A DNA stretch of 62,954 nt, filler included, from Reclinomonas americana ATCC 50394 (taxonomy: Eukaryota): assembly GCA_048213135.1 (NCBI GenBank). It is 11 parts of 7 records of this genome, joined end to end, with 100 filler letters (N's around TTAATTAATTAA, not from the genome) between each part and the next. Parts side by side here need not be neighbours in the genome. Positions count along the whole stretch, not along the records: positions 1 to 11,149 come from PS015795.1; positions 11,250 to 17,356 come from PS015796.1; 9 more parts are not named here. One strand, given 5' to 3'. Under the pieces are notes generated by a model. It did no database searches. It worked only from the letters and a program-made list of their open reading frames with translations, and had not been told where the DNA came from. Shown here one piece after another: positions 1-13,933 of the stretch. A program made the translations under genes and the position numbers. Position 1 is the first letter of the stretch, and each line of letters starts with the position of its first letter.

Positions 1-3000
1 GAGGTGCCTGCTGCCGCTGCTGCTGCTGCGGGAGGTGTTACAGCTCTAGCTCCTTCTGTTGCACTTGCTGCTGCAGCGCAATCATTGCCACTTTCATCAT
101 CATCATCGAGCGCCGCTCACCATCATCATCATCAGCATCAGCACATGGTGCCTTCGTCGACTGCGTTGTTGATGAGTGTGGCCAGTGTTGGTGGCGAGGA
201 TCCAGCGCGACTCAACATCAATCCACTCTATGCCATGGTGAGTGTCTTAGAGATGGAAGAGAAGAGAGAGGCGTGTACGCGTGCCACGTGAGTATTTCGG
301 GCAGTCGTCCAGGGCAAAATGCTGATACAAGACGAGGGAATCGTCACGTTTCGCATGCGTCTCCCCGTGCGTTCTTCTTCTTCTGTGCTCTCTTTCCACT
401 TGTGGTCTTGCGTCGCGGCGGTCGTTCGACCAGGGACATGTCCGCTGTTGGCCATTGCGCTCTCTCTCTCTCTGCCTCGCTGCCTCTGTGCGTCGACTCA
501 CTCTTGCGCGCGTGTGTGTGTGTCACAGTCACAGCCCATTTCAAAACCGCCTCTGGGTCCTCTGGGAACACCGCAGACGCCTGTGGGATCGTCGATTACT
601 GCGGCGGGAATGATGGGTCGCACGCCTCCTCCGCCTCTGCCGGGTGCGGGCACACCAGGCAGTGGACGAGGCGGGCGTCACACTCGTGTCGAGTCCACTG
701 GCAGTGCCTCGAGTGGCTTTTCGTTGCGTCAATCGTAACTTGCCAATGTTCGATCATTTCTCTCACTCGCCGTGCGCAGCTTCTCGTTGGACTCGGATGC
801 GCCATCTCTCAAGGGCGGCAATCTGGATTCGTCGACCGCCGGCAACTCCTCGTCAAGTCCGTCGGGAGCGCGCGGGGCCGGTGGTAATGTGGGAGCGGCG
901 AGCACTGCGGCTGCTTCTGCTGCGTCGGTGATGGTTGGTGGTGCTGGTACGCACGATTCCGCAGCAGCAGCAGGAGCAGCGGGTGCTGCGCCTACGGCAC
1001 CGTANNNNNNNNNNNNNNNNNNNNNNNNNNNNNNNNNNNNNNNNNNNNNNNNNNNNNNNNNNNNNNNNNNNNNNNNNNNNNNNNNNNNNNNNNNNNNNNN
1101 NNNNNNNNNNNNNNNNNNNNNNNNNNNNNNNNNNNNNNNNNNNNNNNNNNNNNNNNNNNNNNNNNNNNNNNNNNNNNNNNNNNNNNNNNNNNNNNNNNNN
1201 NNNNNNNNNNNNNNNNNNNNNNNNNNNNNNNNNNNNNNNNNNNNNNNNNNNNNNNNNNNNNNNNNNNNNNNNNNNNNNNNNNNNNNNNNNNNNNNNNCGT
1301 TGTTCCGTGTGCCTTTCTGCTTCCCGTCGCCTTTCTCCTCGTGGCCCTCGTCGTTTCTCTCCTCCTCGCCCCGGCGTCGCTTCTCGCCTCCTCCTCCTTC
1401 CGGCGTCGCTTCTCTCCTCCTCCTCCTTCCGGCGTCGCTTCCTCTCCTCCTCCCCGCCGGCGTCGCTTCTCTCCTCCTCCCCGCCGGCGTCGCTTCTCTC
1501 CTTCTCCTCCCCGCCGGCGTCGCTGCTCTCCTTCTCCTCCCCGCCGGCGTCGCTTCTCTCCTTCTCCTCCCTCGGCGTCGCTTCTCTCCTCCTCCTCGCG
1601 GGTGTCGCTTCTCTCCTCCTCCTCGCCGGCGTCGCTCCTATCCTTTCTCATACCCCTTCCCCCATACCTCCTTTCCCACTTCCCCCCTTCTCCTTGTCCG
1701 CTCACCTCTCGATCGCAGCGAGGGCGGCCACCACACGTCACCATCGGCACCGATGTCGGAAAAGGACATGAGCATCGAGCAGCGGAGGGTGGAAAAGTGG
1801 CTCAACATGCTCTCGAGATGGGAGGAGTACTCGACCGAGCATCCACGCCGCGTCAAGAGACGAGTCCGCAAGGGTGAGTTGTGATGATGAAAAAGCAAAT
1901 CGTTTGATTGAAGTCTGTTGCTCATTCTCCCCGTCATCCCCCGCAGGCATTCCCGATCGGTTCGCCTCCTCTCCTCCGTTGCCCCCAGCCTTATCCTCCC
2001 CTCACCTTTTTTATTATTGCAGTGTGCGATGGAAGGCATGGCAGGTTCTGAGTGGATCCGACGAGCTGCTGCGACGGAACCCGGGCTCGTACCAAAAGCT
2101 GGTGGAGACGGGCATGTCGCGCTTCGAGCATGTGATCACTGTGGATCTGCCGCGCACGTTCCCCAATCACGTAATGTTCCTCGACAAGGACGGCACGGGC
2201 CAGCAAGGCCTCTACAATGTGCTGAAGGCCTACGCCTCGTACGACCACCAAGTCGGTGCGTTGCATATGTTGTCCCCAGATGACGGCGAGTGAGCGAGTG
2301 GCTCATGCGGGGCGACGACACACAGGGTACTGCCAGGGCATGGGATTCCTGACTGGCGTGCTGCTGACCTACATGTCGGAAGAGGAGGCGTTTTGGCTGC
2401 TCGTGCGCCTGATGGAGAACTACGACATTGCGCGTATGTATGCCAAGTGCGTTGCTGTTTTTAGCTTTGTGCACTCTTGATGTCCGTTCGCTCTTCTCAC
2501 CACACTCTCCTCCACGCACGCGCAGTGGTTTCCCGCTGCTGGGCGAGAGCTTTGCGGTGTTTGACCGGCTATTTGCGAAGCACTGCCCGCGGTTATTCCA
2601 GCACTTTAACGAGCAGGGCGTGAACATTCGCATGTGGGGCTCCAAGTGGTTCATGACGCTCTTCTCGTACGACTTTCCGTTCCAATGCGTGGTGCGAGTG
2701 TGGGATGTGTTCCTCGCGGAGGGCTGGAAGATCATTTACCGGGTGGCCATTGCGGTCATGAAGATGCATGAAGGTGCGGCGGCGGCGGCGAACTGGGACG
2801 CACTGTCATTCTGTGCATGTGGTTGACGGTTATCTCTTTGCGCCGCACAGAGTACCTCATGACGCTCGACTTTGAGGGCCTGATGACGGGCACCATGACC
2901 GAGCTGCCACGGAAGATCGATCCGAATGTGCTGATAAAACGAGCATTGCGGATACCGCTGACACGCACGCGGCTGGCCAAGTACGTGCTCGCGTACCGAG

Positions 3001-3231
3001 AGTCACTGCCGACGGACTCTGATGGTGAGCGTGCCTCGTTCTACCATTTTTTCCGTTCCACAACTCACCTCCTTCACAGCTGTTGATCGATCGGGCTCCG
3101 TGTCGTCATCCTCATCACACGCCGCCGCTGCATCAGCGGAGATTGTGGTCGCACCCATGCGCTCCCCGACTCCACGAGCCACGGCGGCCGGTCTCGGACC
3201 CTTGACGCGTGTCAAGGCGCCCGCGGCATAG
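1..3231 (+). CDS. Rab-GAP TBC domain protein (multi-exon, 5' partial)
   Basis: Spliced exons give RVRKG-IPDR-VRWKAW, ITVDLPRTFPNH (IxxDxxR finger), GYCQGMGF (YxQ finger), SKWFMTLF, VVRVWDVFLAEG; GT-AG introns; stop TAG at 3229-3231. Confidence 0.93.
1370..1640. repeat. Intronic minisatellite, ~27-30 bp unit (ccggcgtcgcttctctccttctcctcc)
   Basis: About 9 imperfect tandem copies visible directly. Confidence 0.85.
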
Positions 3232-3817
3232 TTGTGGTGATTTCTCTCTTTTTTTGTGTTTGGTTTACCTGTTCTTTTTTACGTTGCAGGAGTGTTGTGC
3301 GAGCGCAGTTGTTGCGCTCGCTCCGCTCCTCTTGTGTTTCCTTCAATGTTTAGCTTGTCGGCGCGCCGTGGTGTTCCTCCTCATTACCCCCTCCTCCTTT
3401 TCTCTCTGTGTTGTTCTCCCACGGTGCACCGATGCCGCAGTCGTCGCTCAGACCGACGTTGTATTTCTCCCCTCCCCCCTCTCTCTCCCCCCTTACTCGC
3501 CACTCGTAACTGTTTCGCTTACCTCTTGTGCTGTTGCGTCGTCATCATCCTTCCGCGGTATCTTGTGCTATTGTTGAATCGCACACCTGTCGTCGGGATT
3601 GATGCTTGCACAGCACGTTGTTGGTTATCTCTGTTAGCATGCAGAGTGGGAATGGAGTTTGTGGTGGATGTGAAGCGGCGATGGACACATGTCCACCACC
3701 GCCACGCCACCGCCTCCGTGCCCTCACTCTCTCACCCTCAATGTTTCTCAAATGCCCAAACGTAAAAAAAGTGAATGCATTGTATGTTCATTGATCACGA
3801 TCAGTGGTGCGGTGTTT

Positions 3818-6675
3818 TTATTTCCTTTTCTGTGCCACGGACTTGGAGACCTCGGCCGCCCACGCCTGGTTGATGGCGCGCTGCGCCACCGCGTTGCCAA
3901 AGAGCACTGCGCAGAAGAAAAAAGTGAGCAGGGATGTCAAGAACAACGATCGCTGCAGCACCGCCGCGTAACTCTCAAACATGGTGCGCTGCGCCTCGAC
4001 CACGGCACGACCAAACACTGCGGGGTTTGGTGGACCTCGCGGAATACTGTGAAAGAAAGAGTAAGCGTCTATCAACGAAAAGCAAGAACTCATGTCGTCG
4101 ATGACCACTCAACTCGACAGCCGCCGGCTCGACTTCCACAATCTGCACACGACGTGAGAAAAACAGACTCCGAGAAGAGTACGTGGACTTGCACGCAACT
4201 GGAATCGGCATGCGAGCCAGGCTCCCCGATCCGCCCATGCCTTGCGATGCTGCGTAGATGAGTGAGTGGCGAGAGCGTAAGACCAGTTCGTTTTACGCTC
4301 TCACCTGCACCATCATCGGAATCCGACACATTGTCGCCGGGCGGCGCCAGCTCGCGCAACACCAGCTGCGGTGACGAAGCGCCGCCGGCTGCCTGCGGCC
4401 CCCGGATCGACGACGGCGAATCGGGACTCAGTGGCGAGATGGCAGTGGGACTGCCGAAGACGGAGGGCGACAGGGGTGCGGCGCCACCGGCTGCCGACAC
4501 CGGTCCCAGTGTGCTCTGCTGGATGCGTCGCCACTCGTCCGGCGTGGCAAACGCAGCATCCACGACTGTCGCACGGATCGCAGTCAGTCAACACACACGC
4601 ACAGAGCGCACGGAAAAGAAACGCACATGACAACTGCTCGAGTGGCGATCGCATGGTGCTGAGAATCTCGGCAGCAGTCAGCGTCTTGCCGCCCGTCATC
4701 AGCAGCACACGGCGCACGCTCTCGTCGGAGGATGTGTGCATCAGGGCGCCGCTCATGCGCAGCACCACGGCAGCCAGGATCGCTGGCATCAGCGCTCCGC
4801 CAGAGAGCAGGTACTGGTCCAGGAGCGTCACCGCCACGGTCAGTGGGACGTGGCCGACGAGCAGGTGGTCGGCCAGTACGCAGACGTGTCGTTGTGAGCG
4901 CTAAGGAGAGAGGGGAAGGGAGGGGGGACAAGGGGGGAAGGGAGGGTAGGGGGAAGGGGGGAGAAGGGGAAGAAGACTGAGTGAATATAACAAGTTGTTC
5001 AGGAAGAAAGCGCAGGATGAGCGAGAGATATTGCAGCTCGCTCCTCACAGCAGCAAGGACGAGCTGTCTGTCTTCTTAAGTAGGGAAAGAGAGCTGTAGA
5101 GAACAGTTCGTCTCTCATCGCAGCTGAGTCTGGTTGTCTACTCCACTTGCAAGAATGAGTGTGGACGTGGAATGCGAGAGCTGGAGAGACTCTGAGAGTG
5201 TCGCTCACTCTCTGACAACTGCAGGAGCGAATGCGACGGCGAGCAGGCAAGAATACAGTTCTCATTGCCGCTGTGTCTATCTCCTTAAGAAGGGAAAGAG
5301 ACCTGTAGAGACTTCGTCTCTCATCTCACCCTCAGCTTGCTTCTGACACTCAATTTCAAGAACTGTATCTAAGAGCTACATCCTTCTCCCTTCCACCACA
5401 CTCCCTTTTTTCCTTTACCACCCACCACTCACCACTGCCCCACCATCGCCACACACGTGCTGCATGTGGTGCACCAAATTCGGCTGCACACTCATGCACA
5501 GCTGCACCGCCTGCTTGGCACACTCGCGATTCAGTGGCAACCCGTCGGCGGCGCCATTCTGCGCCTTGACCATGGCTGCTGCAAACGACGCCAAGCGACG
5601 GCTCTCCAGTTTCGTATTGAAGGTGCTCATCAGCGCCACCAACACGTGTGCCAGCGATCTGCGTCGTTGCATGAGACGGGCGAGCATAACAACACACACA
5701 CACACAAGACGCGATGCAACGCACGTGATCGAGTCACCCGCCGCGCCACCGACACCGCCACGTGTGCTACCAATGGCCGCAAACAGGGCCGGCTCGGCGC
5801 ACAACGACGCCACATACTTGTTCGTTCGCGACGACTCCATGGACGGCAGCTCGGCATGCAGAAGCGTCAACACTGCCGCCTCCAGCTGCTCGGCCACTGG
5901 GTTGGTCGATGGACCTGCGCAGCACAGCACTGTAAGTGGGAAGAGAAAAGACAACTGCGACGCTACAAGCAATAACCCCACCGCCCTCATCGTCGTCATC
6001 GTCTTCGTGCGACACCACGGCCTGCTTGTCGAGCAGCTGCTGAAACCACGATTCCCACACGAGCGCTCGTAATGACGTGCCCATGCGCCGACCGACCAGC
6101 TTGCTGGCGTACCGAGTCCACGGATCGTGTTCCGCGCTGCCAGCGAGAGAGAGAGAGGACACGTGAGATCACTGTGTCATCAGCACAACGAAACAGCGCC
6201 ACTCAACAGCCACAGCTGACACAGCGCATCCTGCACAGCTGCCTGCTGCGATCCCACATCGTGCATGTCTGTGACGCGCTCCAGTTGTCGCACCAGCACC
6301 CTACACCACGATGATGAACACCTCTGTTGTCGTCGCGACTAGACACGTGACAATCTCACTCAACTGCCTCGCTTGCGACTGGAACTCGCCAAACACCGGC
6401 TCATGCCGCAACGCCTCCAGCGCACTCTCGCCCAATCGCTCAAACACATCGCCACTCAACAGATCGCTTTGTCGTCGCCGGGCCGACACTGGACCGCTGA
6501 TCGCACGAGAAATCAACATCCAAGTCAACACAACACAGACACAGACACAGACACTCACTCTCTCCCTTCTAAGTCTCTCAGTCTCTCAGCTCCCTCAGTC
6601 TCTCTCAAACTCCCTCAACCTCCTCCCTTGTCTCACAATATCTCTCAGTCTCTCTCAGTCTCTCTCAGTCTCTCT

Positions 6676-6728
<53 letters not shown>

Positions 6729-6794
6729 NNNNNNNNNNNNNNNNNNNNGTCCCTCCTCTCTCTCTACTACCTCACCTCCTCCTCTCTCTCACTA

Positions 6795-6883
<89 letters not shown>

Positions 6884-7075
6884 ATCTCTCTCTCAGTCTC
6901 AGAGTACACTCAACAGCATCTGCTCCACAAGCTCCTGCAATCGCTCAAACAAACGATCGCTGTGCGGTCCATCTATGTGTCACAGCGAATGAGCGAAAAA
7001 CGGTTGACACTGATCGCAAGTCGCACTGCACAGACCCTCCAGTTGGCGCACACACTCGTCCACCCACTGACTCAT
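3818..7075 (-). CDS. Hypothetical multi-exon, largely helical protein
   Basis: Series of minus-strand ORF segments flanked by splice signals (AVTLLDQYLLSGG, LEAAVLTLLHAELP, DRLFERLQELVEQ); candidate ATG at 7075; no family recognised. Confidence 0.55.
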
Positions 7076-7207
7076 CGCTGAGAGATCGAGGAGCGAGGAA
7101 AAGAGCGCGAACAATCACCGACGGACTGTGCTCGCTCAATCATCGATTGTATCTCATCGCGGAGACGCACAGTGATCGCTGTGAGTGTGTGTGTGTGTGT
7201 GTGAGCG

Positions 7208-10200
7208 ATGGCCGACGCAGTGCCTCCTTCATCTCCGCCTCATCAAGCAGCACCATCGGAGTCGGACGATGTGGAGATGATGACTCAGTCAGTGTCAAGC
7301 GATGCCTGCACTGCGGCCTCCACTGCTGCAGTCGCCGTCGATCGCGCAGACAGTGAAGGCGACGCAGCAGCCACCGAAGAAGCATCGATAGTGGAGCATC
7401 ACATGCAAGTCGATGATGCATTGCCTGGAGTGGCGCACACGACGGAGATGCCAGTCGGAGTTGAGGCCAGTGGTNNNNNNNNNNNNNNNNNNNNNNNNNN
7501 NNNNNNNNNNNNNNNNNNNNNNNNNNNNNNNNNNNNNNNNNNNNNNNNNNNNNNNNNNNNNNNNNNNNNNNNNNNNNNNNAGAAGGGAGAGGGGGGGAAG
7601 GGAGATGAGGAGACAGGGTGCAGGTCGACGAAGGGGGTGAGAAAGGGTGTTGTGAAGAGGGATGCATGGAACGGGATGAGAGAGGATGTGGAGAGAAGGG
7701 AGAAAGAAGAGAAGAGAGAAGAGTAGAGAAGAGAGGAGAGTGATTATGGAGAGGGAGAAGGGAGGAGAAGGGTGAAGGGAGGACAGAGAAGAGAGGGAAA
7801 GTGATTAGGAGCAGGTCGACGAAGGGGATGAGGAGAGGAGAGAAGAAAGGATAGGAATGATGGAGAGGAGAGAAGAGTGATGATGGACACTGATGATGGC
7901 GAGGGGTAGTGGAGAGGGAGAAGGAGAAGGCGAGGATGTGGGACAGCATCAAGGCGTCGAGGAGAAGAGAATGGCGAGAGTAGAGAGGGAAAGTGATAAG
8001 AAGCCAGGAGAGAGGAGAGAAGAGAGAAGAGGGAGAGAGCAGAGAGAAGAGAGAAGAGACAAGAGAGAAGAGAGGAGAGTGATGATGGACACGGATGATG
8101 GCGAGGGGTAGTGGAGAGGGAGAAGGCGAGGATGTGGGGCAGCATCAAGGAGTAGGGTGAGAGAAGGAGTTTCTTCCCATCACGTTCGAATCACCCTGTC
8201 TACCTTCATGCTCAATCCTCGATTAGCTCATTCTGTGCTTCTCCCCCCTGACCAGTTTTCTTCATCTCCACTCAACCCGTCATTATCCTTCTCCTTTTAT
8301 CTCACCATGCATTGTCGCTGCAGATCTCACGCGCTGCCGAGGACAGAGTCCTTGCACGCTACGCGCTGGAGCGAGTGCGCACGTACAAGTCGTCGGAAGA
8401 GGAGGGCGACGACGAGGCCGAGGAGGGTGAGGGTGGAGTGGTGCGACCGGCGCTGGTGAAGAGGAAACGGAGGCGGTGGTCATTGTCGGGCGACACGCTG
8501 CCGGCCGGCACTGTCTCCCTGATCGCGGCGACAGAGGACACGGATGAGAGTGGAGCGGAGGAGGGTGCGGAAGCTGAGCAGCAGAGACCAGCCGCGCACG
8601 AGTATTCGATGGTGGCGGCTCTGGAGCACGAGTTGGGTGAACACGTGCATCGTGCGTGTGCGGACGTCAAGTGGCGGTGGGAGTGGCTGCGATTACAACA
8701 CAGGTTTGTGTGTGCCTCCTCATCTTTTGTAGCCCCCGGGTCGTCTCAAGCGTGCACTGCACCGCAGTGCGGTGACGCGTGAGTTGGACATGATTGATAC
8801 ACTGCTGTCGGAGGTACGGGATGCACCACCGGCGAGACCAGCAGCGGGAGTGGAGAGTGGATTGCTTGTACATGCGCTAGGTGCACCACTCATGTCCACG
8901 CCGTTGGTGGTGCCTCGAAGTGTGCCGCCACCGGCCGCGTCGGTGGATGCGTTGCTGCGCAAGAGAGTAGAACCGGATGCCGCACTGTCGATGGAGGTCG
9001 ACGAAGATCGCCAGCGCATGCCACCACCACCGTCACTGGCCTCACCACCGCCACCGCCACCTCCTCCACCAGCGGCAGCGGCTCCGTCAACACCAACACC
9101 GCCTTCAATGGCGACGGCTTCGCATCAAAAGTCGCCAAATGTGCCGCGTTCACCGATTGTGCTGCGTCGCGATTCGCCCGTGTCACCACGCTACAAGGCA
9201 TTCAGTCGGTCCGCTGCGGCGGCGCCCGCCGTCGTTGGTAGTGGATCGAAGAATGCGCAGTTGCGGTCGCCGGCTGCTGGCATCACGTCGCCAATGGCGC
9301 AATCACCACTTGTCCGTTCTGGTGAACTGGCATCGGCGGCGTCCTCGCGTCTCACGTGCGCCCGCACACGCCCGTTTGTGCCTCTGCAATCGTCGCTGGC
9401 CTCCTCCTCGTCGGTCACCACGCCCTGGTCACCGTCGTCACCGCAGCCTACTCGCAAATCTGCACGCAGTGCACTGTTGCGTAGCATCATCGCCGTTCCC
9501 CTTTTTTTCTCCTCGCTGCTGCTGACGCTGTTGCATGCAGGTCGCCAGCCCCGTCATCATCACCGCAATTCCTCCGTGTCGTCGACTCCCTGTCACCACC
9601 GACGCTAAAGTCGGCAAGTGGCTACGGCTCTGCGTCGGACGCCGTGTCGCCACCACCACCGCCACCTCCTGCGCCGGCAGCAGCGCAACCGCCAAGCGCC
9701 GTTGTTTCGCCGACGGATCACACGGGCAAGGCACCGACGCCCATGTCGTCTCCCATGTCCACGGCGACGCGCAAAAAGGCAACCACTGCTGCGGCGTCGT
9801 CGACACTCTTTCCGCGGTGGAGTCGGGCCATGTCGTCGATGCTCAATTCTGGTCGCTCGCTTCGGTCGTCTGGAAACATTCCGGACTTGCCGGCCAATGT
9901 GTTGGCGGTCTCCATGTCCGCTCGTCCGACTGTGGCAATGCAGCAGGCGGCCGCGGGCGTGGCTGCGCGTCGCATGGCGGGGCGCGGCACAGTCACCGAG
10001 ATGCGTCCATCCAAGTCGCTGGTGGTAGGCCGTGTGAGAGCGCGCTCGTCGGGCGACATTACCAAGGAGCAGCCGCCGACCAAGCGGCGCAAGACAGGGG
10101 ATGGCGATGACATGGTGTCGCCCGGTGCGCCACCGACGGCCACCGAGTCGCCGGTGTGTTTCATTGTGTGTGTGTGTGTGTGTGTGTGTGCACAGTGCGA

Positions 10201-13066
10201 GACAAGTGGCTCACACAACAGTGATTGTGGTGTCAGCAGAGTACCGACGACCCGGGTGCGAGTTCCGGGCCAACCCCCGTGACGCGACGTTTTCTCGGGC
10301 AGCGCATGGTTCATCGATCGGCAGTGTCGGTGCGTAAGCAGGGCTACACGGCCGCGTGGCGGTGGCGACTCCTTCGTCGGCATCCCACTTTTTCGTGGAC
10401 AGGTTTGCTTGTGTGTGTTCCTGAATGGAGGAGGTGAGACGCGAGTGTCACTCACTTGCTGAATGGTGTGCAGACGACGATGAATTGGTGCCGCCGGCGT
10501 TGCTGGCTCACGTCGATCCGCGGGATTTGGTGGCGCAGGCCGCGGCCAAGTTGCAGGCCATGGAAGCGACGGTGGTGGCCGACGAAGTCTCGAGTGACGA
10601 TCTGGAGGCACCCGAGATGGCGTATGTGTCGCGGTCTGGATTTTTTCTAACTCTTTTTCTTGCGTGCGTCGATTCCCACTCACTCCATGTTGCGTTCGCG
10701 CAGTGCTTCTGCTGGATCCCGAAGACCACATCATCGGCAGATGACGGCTGGCACTTCACGTAGAGGTAACTGTGTGTGTGCCTGAATTGCGAGTGACACT
10801 GGTGTGTTGATGAATATGTGCTGCAGTGTCGAACGGCACGCCGACGGCAAGAGGCCGTGTTGGCGGCGGCAGTGGCGGTGGTGCTGCATACAACAAGAAG
10901 AAGACCAAGAAAAAGTCACAGACGGCCGCAGCGAGTGCCGGTACAGGACCGCGAACAAGGTTGGGTGGTGACAGTGTGACACGGGTGATTGCACGTATTA
11001 TATTGCTGACTGTCGTGGTGCTCTCAGCATTCGGCGCAGTCAGCGAAATCCCATCGAGGGTGCAGTGGAACGTATGGTGGGAGCTCGTGCATTCGGCTTT
11101 GATGACATTATTGAGTTGCGTCCCGCTTCCGAGTTGCATGTTGAGCCAGNNNNNNNNNNNNNNNNNNNNNNNNNNNNNNNNNNNNNNNNNNNNTTAATTA
11201 ATTAANNNNNNNNNNNNNNNNNNNNNNNNNNNNNNNNNNNNNNNNNNNNAGGAGGGAGGAGAGAGAGGGAGAGGGAGAGGGAAAGGGGGAGGGAGAAGGG
11301 GGGAGGGAGAAGGGAGGAATGGGAACGAGGCGCAGTGATTGACAGCTGTGGAGGGAGGGAGTGGGGAGTGAGTGAGAGTTTGAATAGAGAGTGATGTGGA
11401 GTTATGGGAAATGAGAGCGAGGAATGAGAATACCGGCGCGGTGATTGTAGGTGGATAGGGGAGCAGAGAATTTTAGGGGAGAGTAGGAAAAGAAAGAGAG
11501 GCCAAGAGATGGACTTCTGGGAACCAAGACGCGAGAGATCGATCACTGTGGAGAGAGTAAAATAGGCGGGGGAAGAAGCGTGGAGAGTTTTGGTGAGAGT
11601 AAGAAGGAAAGAGAGGCCAAGAGAGGGTGTTCTGGGATTGGAGTGAGAAATGACTGAGAGATCGAGAGATTGTAGCAAGAGTGGACAGAAAAGGGTGGAG
11701 AGAGAGAGGGATTGAGGAACGAATGTTTGTGGAGAGGCTTAGAAGGTGGGGGATGATGTGTTACAAAGAAGAGTGGTAAGAAGAGGCGAGAGAACGATGG
11801 AGAGAGCGGAATGCGTCGTGGTATGAAGTGAGCCTGCTCGTTATGTTCATGGCTACTCACCTGTCGTTGGGCGCAGGAACTGGATGCACACTACCGACAA
11901 CTTCATCGCATGGAGGAGGCTCGCGAGCGCAAGCGCTGGGTGATGCCGCGACTGGAGGAGTACAAACTGCTCAACAAGCTGGAGGAGGGCGTGTTGCAGA
12001 AGCTGTTGGATGGCGAGATGAACATTGACGAGATTCTCAAGCAGCATGGTTCGCGCTCTCGTGTTCGTGTGCTTGGTTCTTGATTGCCATCTACTCACCC
12101 TTTGATCTCGCGTGTGCAGGGCACAACGTTCCGTCACATCGACCGACCATTCAGCAGCGACCGGGAACGCTGCCGGTGGAGAATGTGATTGAGGTGCCGA
12201 CGTCCACTGCGCTGCAAATGGAGGAGGACGATGATGAGGATTTGGATGATGATGGCGACGCCGACGAGGATGGTGACGACGATGACGATGAGGAGTTGTC
12301 GGAGAGTTCTTCACCTGACGATGAATCCTCTGGACGCTCGAGCCCCTCGGCTGTGTTCGCTGATGCACCGTCGGCAGAGGAGGCAGTTGCCGTCGGCATT
12401 GCCGCTGTGTCGTTGCAGCAGCAGCAGCATGCGGCTGGACGGCGGCGGCCGCCTCCCTCCGCTGCATCAATTGGTTCTGCTGCTGATGCCGCAGGAGGAA
12501 GTGGTAGTGGTGGGGCAGCTTCTGCCGCTGCACCTGCAATGAGTGGCAGTGGTTCAGCTGCAGCGGCCGCTGCGGCGGCGGCGGCGGCGGCAGCTGCTGG
12601 GGCCAAGCAATCGCGTCGACCGGGCCTGTACGATCCGCTGCAGTCGACGTTGGACGGCGCCGCCGACTCGGACACGTCACCCATGCTCTCCGCTCTCGCC
12701 TCCTCCTTCACCGGTGCCGGTGCCGGCACCGTGTCGCCACAACAGCCGGCTCTCGTTCCGCCCTCGGCGGCACCGACGTTGCATTTGAGTGGCGGTGCCG
12801 ACACGCCGCGACTCGAACATCACACGTCCTTCAAGGAGATCGAGTCGGAAGACACGAGTGCGTTCCTGGTCGGCTTCGACGCCTGGCCGCACCATCATCA
12901 GCACCACCTGCACCAGCATGCACCCGCGGACGACATTGGTGGCGCTGCAGACGACAGCCACGTTTCGCCGTTCTTTAGTGGTGTGGACAGTGGCGAGGCG
13001 TCTCACGGAGGAGGAGGAGGAGGAGGTGCTGGGGGAAGTGCGGGTGGTGCTGCTGCGGGGCAGTGA
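7208..13066 (+). CDS. KANSL1/NSL1-like PEHE-domain protein (spans spacer at 11194)
   Basis: VKWRWEWLRLQHRELD resembles KANSL1 SRWNWLQAHVSDLE; CARTRPF and HPTFS motifs; exon at 11877 gives DAHYRQLHRMEEARERKRW (PEHE-like C-terminus); long low-complexity linkers. Confidence 0.65.
11150..11249. other. Assembly spacer N44-TTAATTAATTAA-N44 (also at 17401, 24408, 33588, 35540, 37519, 40305, 51000, 53944, 61678)
   Basis: Identical six-frame-stop 12-mer always embedded in Ns. Confidence 0.98.
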
Positions 13067-13528
13067 TGGAATGTAATCGTAATGCACAATATGAGAACCA
13101 CAAAAAGAGCGATCAAAACGACCAAATGACGGAACCGATATCGAGATGCATTCCGATCGAAATGCTTCAACTCGGCACTTTGTGATGATGCCTATCAAAC
13201 ATGCACACTTACCACTGGCTGCGTGTAATGCCCGTCTGTGGCGTATGCCAGCATCCGAGTACATGCGACGGCGGCGGCGACGAGTCGGAATAATCATTCT
13301 GCTGTGATCGCGTCATCTTCTCCGCGCTCTTTGCGCGCCCATGTGCACTGCCAGACATGCTTCTCGCCCTCTCTCTCTCCTTGTCGACAGCCACAACAGA
13401 ACAGTAACATCTGCGTCAAATTGGCTGCGATTTTGCCTCTCTTCACTTTTGTTCCGACTCGTGCGAGCGCGTACCGTGCGCTCTCTCTCTCAAACCTCGT
13501 GTGCACCCACCCACACACACACTGTGGA

Positions 13529-13902
13529 ATGTCAAGCAAGCGCAACCGATCGCCAACGAGCTCAGAAGAGGACGAGCGAGAACGCAAACACCGGAAACGA
13601 GAACATACAGGTATGATAATGGGCACTTTTATCACGAAGAGAAACCCCTCCACACCGCAGTGATATGCAACAGCAGCAACACCAGCACACATACATGCAC
13701 ACAGAAGCACAAAGGCGAGAAAAGACGCGTACGCGTGAGTGCTGACAGAGTGAGAGCGCACGCGCAGTATCAGCACTTTCATCACGAGAGAAACCCCCCT
13801 CATGTGCAGCAGAAAAGCAGAAGCGCTAGCCACCCACTCACCACACATACACACACTCGACAAGCGCTAACTGAGTGAGGTCGTGGCACAAGAAACAATC
13901 AC

Positions 13903-13933
<31 letters not shown>

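Noticed and set aside
434..439. Possible 6-nt microexon GGACAT in the TBC gene
   Set aside because: Frame is preserved with or without it and there is no homology support
1370..1640. Regular repeat array resembling CRISPR
   Set aside because: No unique spacers, eukaryotic intron, no cas genes; it is a minisatellite
11194..11205. Recurring TTAATTAATTAA palindrome (10 copies)
   Set aside because: Always centred in 100-nt N blocks; an artificial six-frame-stop spacer, not a biological motif or piggyBac TTAA site
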